Virus record (IMG/VR): IMGVR_UViG_3300034148_000026 | Span: 1-36,344 of that record | Source of the DNA: a virus | Taxonomy: Duplodnaviria > Caudoviricetes | Reading direction: 5' to 3' (one strand) | DNA: 36,344 nt | Shown: piece by piece, positions 16,389 through 22,247 of the stretch | Position numbering within the stretch: position 1 is the stretch's first letter | Layout of the letters: each line of letters begins with the position of its first letter | Translations under genes and position numbers: made by a program | Notes under the pieces: model-generated | What the model was told of the DNA's origin: nothing | The model's database searches: none | Seen by the model: only the letters and a program-made list of their open reading frames with translations

Positions 16389-16801
16389 AGCCAGTCAAGG
16401 TGACGCGCAAGCGCATGGCCGGACCGGATCACGCTGTCGTGACGCTCGTTGGCGGGCGAAGCAACCTGTACCGCAGACAGCCGTGCGACACCTGCCCGTG
16501 GCGCGTCGATGCGACGGGCGAGTTCCCGGCCGAGGCGTTCAAGCATTCCGCGCCGACCGCTTACGACATGAGCACTCATCTGTTCTCGTGTCATGCGTCG
16601 GGACAGAAGCGCCCGGCGACGTGCGCGGGTTTCATCTTGCGCGCGCATCACAACCTCGCGCTGCGACTGAAGTGCAGCAGCGGCATCGTGGACCCGCGCC
16701 TCGTCGACGACGGCGGGCACGCGCTGCACGAGGACTATCGAACGATGGCGATCGCCAACGGCGTCGAACCCGACGACCCTGCGCTCGCTCCGTGCAGATG
16801 A
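16385..16801 (+). CDS. DUF6283-family Cys-rich protein (138 aa)
   Basis: PCDTCPWRVD..GEFPAEAF...FSCH...CAGF...HNLALRL...YR.MAIANGV. Confidence 0.8.
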   Translation: MKPVKVTRKRMAGPDHAVVTLVGGRSNLYRRQPCDTCPWRVDATGEFPAEAFKHSAPTAYDMSTHLFSCHASGQKRPATCAGFILRAHHNLALRLKCSSGIVDPRLVDDGGHALHEDYRTMAIANGVEPDDPALAPCR

Positions 16802-16836
16802 AAGAAAGCCCCCGTGCCATTACTAGCCGGGGGCTT
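16801..16836 (-). terminator. Hairpin with a T-rich tail on the minus strand (possible antisense terminator or processing site)
   Basis: AAGCCCCCG 16806-16814 pairs with CGGGGGCTT 16828-16836, flanked by AAAGAAA. Confidence 0.45.
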
Positions 16837-16914
16837 CGAAGGACCACGCGACCAAGCGTGACCAGACCATTACCACCGGGGCAGTCTACGCCCAATCACA
16901 AAGAAGGAAAGACC

Positions 16915-17259
16915 ATGACCATGACGACAGCCAACCACAAGCGACAGATCGGCGCACTGCGCGCGCATCTGACGCGCAGAGTCAAAGCGCTCGCAACGGC
17001 AAAGGCGCCCGCGCGTCGATCGCGCCTGCAAGCAGAGATCGAATCGTTCAAGCACAAGATCGGCTCCGCCGAGATCGCGCTGCGCGATGCGACCGAACAG
17101 CCGACACCGGGGAACGGTGTGCGGCCGCTCACGCAGTACGAACTGAGCACGCACGAGGCGGACATCCTCGATTGCGTGCGCAGCATCGATTCGTTGCAGG
17201 AGAAGTTGACCGAGGCGCGCGGTCGTCTCGCCGTGCTGCTCGCGGGAGACTTGGCATGA
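16915..17259 (+). CDS. Coiled-coil hypothetical protein (114 aa)
   Basis: AAGGAAAGACC-ATG leader, identical to the one before the AAA gene. Confidence 0.7.
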   Translation: MTMTTANHKRQIGALRAHLTRRVKALATAKAPARRSRLQAEIESFKHKIGSAEIALRDATEQPTPGNGVRPLTQYELSTHEADILDCVRSIDSLQEKLTEARGRLAVLLAGDLA

Positions 17260-17357
17260 CGCGCGCCGAACATGTCATCCGCTGGACGTGCATCGGCGCG
17301 GCGATCTTCGTCGCGCTACTGCTCATCGCTGAACACTTCAACGGAGGCCCGCTGTGA
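17256..17357 (+). CDS. 33-aa single-TM microprotein
   Basis: MTRAEHVIRWTCIGAAIFVALLLIAEHFNGGPL; GGGAG RBS and ATGA overlap. Confidence 0.6.
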   Translation: MTRAEHVIRWTCIGAAIFVALLLIAEHFNGGPL

Positions 17358-17455
17358 GCGACTTGCAGATCGTCTATCTCGTGTGGTGCGTCGTCGCGGC
17401 CTGCGCCGCGTTCGGCGTCCTCTATCTCCGCAACCTCATCGGGAGGAAAGCATGA
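17354..17455 (+). CDS. 33-aa single-TM microprotein (not in ORF track)
   Basis: VSDLQIVYLVWCVVAACAAFGVLYLRNLIGRKA; GGAGG RBS, GTGA and ATGA overlaps. Confidence 0.6.
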   Translation: MSDLQIVYLVWCVVAACAAFGVLYLRNLIGRKA

Positions 17456-17850
17456 ACGAAGAACTGTCGATGCAAGAACTCACCGACATGGACAGCGTCG
17501 CGCTCGCGAGCTACATCCGCGACCGGCTCAGCATGAACAACTATGCAGAGGCGAAGCGCGCCACGGCGGCGCTGATGATCCGCATGACGCCCGAGCCCGT
17601 GCCGCGAGGCACGGTGTCTGAACGCATCGCCGATGCGCTCGTCGCCGCGCACATGGCCGGGCAGACTGTCGGCGAGAAGCGCTACGAGAAGGTGCTGAGC
17701 GAATTGCTGCGCGTCGTCGTGGACTCGGATGCAGAGAACATCGAGCCGCGCACATGCAGCGAAGACGAATACCAAAGCGCCGTGAAGGAAGCTGCGCGCG
17801 CTCTCGGCGTACTGCTGCCGGCCGGCATGCTCGAAGGATGGGCGCTATGA
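17452..17850 (+). CDS. Hypothetical protein (132 aa)
   Basis: GGAGG RBS and ATGA overlaps. Confidence 0.7.
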   Translation: MNEELSMQELTDMDSVALASYIRDRLSMNNYAEAKRATAALMIRMTPEPVPRGTVSERIADALVAAHMAGQTVGEKRYEKVLSELLRVVVDSDAENIEPRTCSEDEYQSAVKEAARALGVLLPAGMLEGWAL

Positions 17851-18365
17851 CGAAGCCGCTACACGTCCGCGAGCTGCGCTACCTGCACGCAGCGATGCAC
17901 TACAAGGGCACGGCGAACAATGCGTGCGTGCAATGGTCGATGGGCCTCGCTCTCGACATGAAGCGCGCCGTCGTCACGTTCGGCACGCTGCGCGCGGCGA
18001 CGCCGGACGAGGTCGCGTCGATACCCGGCGCGTCGCTCGTCCCGTTCATCCACTGCTGGGTCGAGGTCGGCGAGATCGTCTATGCACCGACCACGCTCGA
18101 ACGATCGGGCGGCGTTCTCGTGCCGTTCGATCGCGCCGATTACTACGACCGCAACGGTGTGAGCGATGTTCGACACGTGCTGCGCGAAGCGTTCGATGAC
18201 ATCGCGCATCGCTATCGCTTGACGTCCGCGCTCAAGCATCTGTCGCCTCGCTTCGGTTCGTCGGCAGTCGCTGGCGAACTGCTTCGAGCGGCTGGCGTGC
18301 AGTACGTGCTCGACGAACACCGCGCGCTGCTGCCTATTGATTCACCCGAAAGGAGGATGGCATGA
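17847..18365 (+). CDS. Transglutaminase/papain-like fold protein (172 aa)
   Basis: NNACVQWS (Cys at the start of a helix) and FIHCWVEV (HxWxE) motifs. Confidence 0.6.
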   Translation: MTKPLHVRELRYLHAAMHYKGTANNACVQWSMGLALDMKRAVVTFGTLRAATPDEVASIPGASLVPFIHCWVEVGEIVYAPTTLERSGGVLVPFDRADYYDRNGVSDVRHVLREAFDDIAHRYRLTSALKHLSPRFGSSAVAGELLRAAGVQYVLDEHRALLPIDSPERRMA

Positions 18366-18562
18366 GACTGACCCTTGCTCTCATCATGGTCGTCGCCTAT
18401 GCGTGCGCTGCGTCGGCCGCGCTGACTAAGCAGTGGATCGTGCTGGTCGTCTTCTCCATCGTCATCGGCCTGTGCTTCGGCGGCATCCATTCGCTGTCGT
18501 GCAAGAGGGCGCGGCGAGATCAGGAACGCCAACGCGTGCTCGAGCTGGGAGGCGAGCCATGA
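18362..18562 (+). CDS. Small two-TM membrane protein (66 aa)
   Basis: AGGAGG RBS; two hydrophobic segments and a basic tail. Confidence 0.7.
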   Translation: MRLTLALIMVVAYACAASAALTKQWIVLVVFSIVIGLCFGGIHSLSCKRARRDQERQRVLELGGEP

Positions 18563-19221
18563 TCGAAGCACCTATCGGCCACGTGCCAGAAGGCGTGCTC
18601 GTCGGGTCGCGAACGTTGCTGCGACTCGTCGAGCAGCAACAGAACGCGATGGCGCAAGCGGGCAAGACGGCGCAAGCGGTACAGCGCGAGCGGCATATCT
18701 TCGAGAGGCACGTCGAGGGTGAGTCGATCCTTCGCGTCGCCGAGTTGATGCACAAGCGCGTAGATCGCGCGATGGTCAAGCAGGACATGCGACAGCCGAG
18801 CGGGCCGGCGCAAGTGACGTGCACGCGCTACTGCAACCATTGCTGCTTCCAACTCGTGAGCGTGTCGGAGCCGGAAGCGTTGCTTGCGCTCGATGCGGCA
18901 CGCCGTGTCGGGCACGTCATCGACGGCGAGCGAGTGCGCAAGCAGGCGGCGATCGATGGCCCGTATGGCGGCGCGCTGCCCCATGCGGACCGGCGCTGCG
19001 TGATGCTGAAGGACGACGGCGACTGCGCGATCTATCACGATCGCCCGACCGCATGCCGGACCTATCGCGTCGTGAGCCCGCCGGAGCATTGCAACGAAGA
19101 CAAGTACCCGGGGCATGGAACGCTTGCGCTCGCGACGACAGACGCGGAGGTCATCGGGTCCGCATCGACGCTCTTGTTTCGGCACGGGCCGCTCGCCGAG
19201 TTCATCGCCGAGCACCTGTAA
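18559..19221 (+). CDS. YkgJ/CxxCxxCC-family Zn/Fe cysteine-cluster protein (220 aa)
   Basis: CTRYCNHCC...RCVML..DGDCAIYHDRPTACRTY; GGAGG RBS. Confidence 0.85.
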   Translation: MIEAPIGHVPEGVLVGSRTLLRLVEQQQNAMAQAGKTAQAVQRERHIFERHVEGESILRVAELMHKRVDRAMVKQDMRQPSGPAQVTCTRYCNHCCFQLVSVSEPEALLALDAARRVGHVIDGERVRKQAAIDGPYGGALPHADRRCVMLKDDGDCAIYHDRPTACRTYRVVSPPEHCNEDKYPGHGTLALATTDAEVIGSASTLLFRHGPLAEFIAEHL

Positions 19222-19238
19222 GGAAATTGCGATACCGA

Positions 19239-19259
19239 GGCGCTGCGGGTTTCAGCGCC
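19239..19259 (+). repeat. Repeated intergenic hairpin, copy 2 (GGCGCTG-CGGGTTT-CAGCGCC)
   Basis: 7-bp stem immediately upstream of the PEP-CTERM gene. Confidence 0.65.
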
Positions 19260-19283
19260 AACTCAAACCAAGGAAACAAGACC

Positions 19284-19835
19284 ATGAAACCGAGATTCAA
19301 ATTCGCCGCGATCGCACTCGCGGTAGGGCTGCACACCGGCTCCGCGCTGGCCGTGCAGGTGTTCGAGTTCACGCTGAGCGGGACCGCGTTCGGTTCTGCC
19401 CGCTTCCCCGGCCCGATGCCGATCACGGGCACTGCGCGGGTGACGCTGGCCGATGGCGGCGATGGCGTCTACACCGGGAGGGAGTTTCAGTTTTCTGGCG
19501 AGGCGCGGGTACCGCCCCCCTTGATCCCTGCGTCCGGCTCGATCTTTCACTTTGGCCTTGACGGCAGTTGGCCCGGCGGCATCGGGCCCCACACGGTGAC
19601 GGTGGAGGACGGGCATGTGACCGCGATCCGCTTTGCTCCGTACGACGTTGGCTGGTCCGTCATGGGAATGACGGTGAACTTCTACGTGCCATATGGCGGG
19701 TACCACAGCGCCGACTGGGGAGGCGGGACTGCGACCCTGCATGAAGTCTCCGCAGTGCCGGAGCCGGAGACCTGGGCGCTGATGTTCGGCGGGCTTCTCG
19801 CCCTTTTGAGGGTAGCGAAGCGGCGCCAGCCCTGA
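19284..19835 (+). CDS. PEP-CTERM sorting-domain surface protein (183 aa)
   Basis: Signal peptide ending ALA; C-terminal VSAVPEPETWALMFGGLLALLRVAKRR (VPEP, TM helix, basic tail). Confidence 0.92.
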   Translation: MKPRFKFAAIALAVGLHTGSALAVQVFEFTLSGTAFGSARFPGPMPITGTARVTLADGGDGVYTGREFQFSGEARVPPPLIPASGSIFHFGLDGSWPGGIGPHTVTVEDGHVTAIRFAPYDVGWSVMGMTVNFYVPYGGYHSADWGGGTATLHEVSAVPEPETWALMFGGLLALLRVAKRRQP

Positions 19836-19858
19836 GAGAAAGGAAGGGCCCCACCGTG

Positions 19859-19877
19859 GGCGCTGCGGTCCAGCGCC
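19859..19877 (+). repeat. Repeated intergenic hairpin, copy 3 (GGCGCTG-CGGTC-CAGCGCC)
   Basis: Same stem as copy 2, immediately downstream of the PEP-CTERM gene. Confidence 0.65.
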
Positions 19878-19898
19878 GTTTCGACCTTTTGAAGGACC

Positions 19899-20120
19899 AT
19901 GACCATGAAGCTGAAAGAAATGTTCCCGCCCCAGCTGGCGGGCTACAGCGCGCACGTCGGAGCCGTCTTGCACGACGACGGCTCGGTGGCTCTGTTGATC
20001 CAAGCGGAGACGTCAGACCGCGACTCGCGTTTCGGCATCCCGCCGATACGCGTGCGGCTCGCGACGGACGGGACCTACACGGTCGAGCCCATCCCTGAGT
20101 CGTTCAGGAGCGCAGCATGA
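19899..20120 (+). CDS. Hypothetical protein (about 73 aa)
   Basis: GAAGGA RBS (start 19899 or 19905); ATGA overlap with the next gene. Confidence 0.7.
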   Translation: MTMKLKEMFPPQLAGYSAHVGAVLHDDGSVALLIQAETSDRDSRFGIPPIRVRLATDGTYTVEPIPESFRSAA

Positions 20121-20902
20121 GGGCCAAGCTCACGATCGTCGCGCTCGCGTGCGCATCCATGCTCGTCGCTTGCGGAGGCGGCGGCGACAGCGCCCCCGCA
20201 ACCGTGGCGGAGGTCGCCGCCCTCGATGCGGCGGTCGAGGCCGGCACACTCAGCAGACGCGACGCACAAGTGGCCTTCGCCGCAATGATGAAAGAGCAAA
20301 ACAGGGCCAAGAAAACGGCACTGTTCTACGACGACTGCGGCGCGTTCTGCGACGGCGACGGCGGCGGCGGAGGCGGGGGTGGTGGTGGAGGGGGCTGGCC
20401 GAGCACGCCCTACCCGTACGACGACGACGACGACGACGACGACGAGCCTTCGTCGCCGCCGCCGCCGGAGCCGCCCACGCTCCCTCCGGACTGCGCGACC
20501 CCGTACTACTGCAGCGCCAATCCGGGCTCGATCTCAAGTTGGTTCAACTATTGGCTTGTCCGGCTGCGCGGCGTGATGGCCCCCGATACGACGTTCGTGA
20601 AAAGCGGCAGTCGCGGCAGCGTGACGACCGACATGCGCAAGTACGCCTACACCTGCCAGTACGTCGGCAACCTCCACTCGGCGAACCCGCACTACGGCGA
20701 CGACGAGGGCACGATCTGTCACGAGGACGCGGGCTTGTTCGTCGTCGTCTTCGGCACATCGGTGCAGGCCCCAGAGACGACGATCGGCCGGCACGAGATC
20801 GTGCCGGTCGCGCCGCCGCCCCCGGTGTATGTGCCGCCGCCGCCAGCACCCGAGCCGCCGCACGACCCCTGCGGCCTGTCCGGCTGTAGCTCCGGTGGTT
20901 GA
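20117..20902 (+). CDS. Lipoprotein with poly-Gly, poly-Asp and Pro-rich tracts and paired cysteines (261 aa)
   Basis: Signal peptide with lipobox LVA-C followed by GGGG; AGGAG RBS. Confidence 0.8.
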   Translation: MRAKLTIVALACASMLVACGGGGDSAPATVAEVAALDAAVEAGTLSRRDAQVAFAAMMKEQNRAKKTALFYDDCGAFCDGDGGGGGGGGGGGGWPSTPYPYDDDDDDDDEPSSPPPPEPPTLPPDCATPYYCSANPGSISSWFNYWLVRLRGVMAPDTTFVKSGSRGSVTTDMRKYAYTCQYVGNLHSANPHYGDDEGTICHEDAGLFVVVFGTSVQAPETTIGRHEIVPVAPPPPVYVPPPPAPEPPHDPCGLSGCSSGG

Positions 20903-21083
20903 TCGAAACATGAGAGCCGGTTTCTACGTAAGCACACCCGCGTCGCGACTCATCGATCAGTGCCGCATGCAAGCCAGCATCGCGTTGCACGATGCGCTGC
21001 GATTCGGTCCGGTGTTGCTCTGTCGCCTCTCTTAGCGGCGGCGAATCTTCGTTTGTGAGTGGTGTCGGGTTCGTCCCGACTTG

Positions 21084-21126
21084 AAAGGCCCCGATGCGCT
21101 TCGTGCGCATCGGGGCCTTTTTTTTT
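21084..21126 (+). terminator. Rho-independent terminator ending the early operon (possibly bidirectional)
   Basis: 16-bp perfect stem AAAGGCCCCGATGCGC / GCGCATCGGGGCCTTT, loop TTCGT, ending in a run of nine T. Confidence 0.92.
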
Positions 21127-21149
21127 GGCCCGCCGCCTCGTGCGTCGCG

Positions 21150-21364
21150 ATCTGCCCTAGGGGCCCCGCCTAGGGGCGCCCCGCCCTGGGCGCCTAGGCG
21201 ACGCCTAGGGGGTCGCCTAGGGCACCCCTTAGGGGGCGCAGGGGCACCTACCGGGGGCAATCCTAGGGGGGTGGTAGCGGGAACCGCCCTGCGTCGCACT
21301 GGGGGGCGGCAGGGGGGCGGGAAAGGGCGTTCTGGCGGGGGGCGATCCGCCCCCCTGCCCCTAG
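21150..21364. repeat. CCTAGG repeat cluster 3 with G-tracts at the early/late convergence point
   Basis: CCTAGG at 21156, 21169, 21193, 21204, 21216 and 21262; variants CCTGGG at 21185 and CTTAGG at 21228. Confidence 0.75.
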
Positions 21365-21598
21365 TCAGGCGGGCGCCTGCGCGACGACATCGCCCCCGCC
21401 TAGCCCGCTGTCCATCGCCTTCTGTATGTCATCGAAGCCCATCAGTTGCGCGTCGCTGAGGCCCGCCATCTTGGCGTCCGAGATCGCTTGCGCCATCGCC
21501 GCGTTGAGCCCGGTGACGAGCATCGTCGGGCGTTCCTCGGCGGGCGCCGCATCGACGCGCTCCTTGAGCGCAGCGAGTTGATCCTGAATCTTCGTCAT
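21365..21598 (-). CDS. Hypothetical protein (77 aa), last gene of the late operon
   Basis: MTKIQDQLAALKERVDAA...; GGAG RBS. Confidence 0.65.
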   Translation of the reverse strand: MTKIQDQLAALKERVDAAPAEERPTMLVTGLNAAMAQAISDAKMAGLSDAQLMGFDDIQKAMDSGLGGGDVVAQAPA

Positions 21599-21630
21599 GG
21601 CTGAGTCTCCGAAGGTTGCGGCGGTGGAGT

Positions 21631-21792
21631 TTAGAGCTTGCCCATCGCGACGAGCACCAGCACGATGACGAGAAGCAGGCCGATGCCGCCGGCCGGGTAG
21701 TAGCCCCAGTTCGTCGACCACGGGCCGAGGCCCGGCAGCGCTCCGAGCAGGAGCACGAGCAGGACGATAAGGAGAAGGGTGCTGGCGTTCAT
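21631..21792 (-). CDS. DUF3309-family small membrane protein (53 aa; not in ORF track)
   Basis: MNASTLLLIVLLVLLLGALPGLGPWSTNWGYYPAGGIGLLLVIVLVLVAMGKL fits the GALP...WGYxPxGG consensus; GGAG RBS. Confidence 0.85.
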   Translation of the reverse strand: MNASTLLLIVLLVLLLGALPGLGPWSTNWGYYPAGGIGLLLVIVLVLVAMGKL

Positions 21793-21962
21793 GGCGTTCT
21801 CCGTGCGGGGATGGTGCCGGCCGGTGGCGGGTCGGTCGGCTCGCGATAGTAGACCGAGCCGTCAGGCCGGCGCCACCAGCCAGGGCGCCGCGGCACGCGC
21901 ACGTCGGCCAGCCGCGGCGGGCGGTTGACCGGCTTGCCGAGCGGAAACGGGTTGTCGCTCAT
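21789..21962 (-). CDS. Pro/Arg-rich small protein (57 aa; not in ORF track)
   Basis: MSDNPFPLGKPVNRPPRLADVRVPRRPGWWRRPDGSVYYREPTDPPPAGTIPARRTP; ATGA overlaps at both ends. Confidence 0.6.
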   Translation of the reverse strand: MSDNPFPLGKPVNRPPRLADVRVPRRPGWWRRPDGSVYYREPTDPPPAGTIPARRTP

Positions 21963-22234
21963 TTGCGCTGCCGTGCGGCGGCGAGTTCGCGCTCAAACGT
22001 GGTCAGCCGTTCCTCGAGAACGACGATGCGGCGCTCGGTGGCGAGCCGGTACTCGGTCGCCTTGTTCGTTTGCAGGCTGATCTCGGCCTGAATGTCGCGC
22101 AAGGCGACGCGCAGAATTTCGACGCCGATCGGGATGGCGAGCGCCCAGAGGCCGAAGCACACGCTCGCGACGCGCATCCAGAAGTCGGCGCGTGCGTGCG
22201 TGAAGACCGAGCCGTTGCCGTTGCCGGTGGCCAT
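21959..22234 (-). CDS. Single-TM plus coiled-coil protein, holin-like (91 aa)
   Basis: One hydrophobic helix followed by RIVVLEERL coiled coil; located right after the tail tip gene. Confidence 0.6.
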   Translation of the reverse strand: MATGNGNGSVFTHARADFWMRVASVCFGLWALAIPIGVEILRVALRDIQAEISLQTNKATEYRLATERRIVVLEERLTTFERELAAARQRK

Positions 22235-22247
22235 GAGCGCGACCCTA

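Noticed and set aside
19200-19283. Sigma-54 promoter upstream of the PEP-CTERM gene
   Set aside because: TTGC is present but there is no correctly spaced TGGCAC/GG -24 element.
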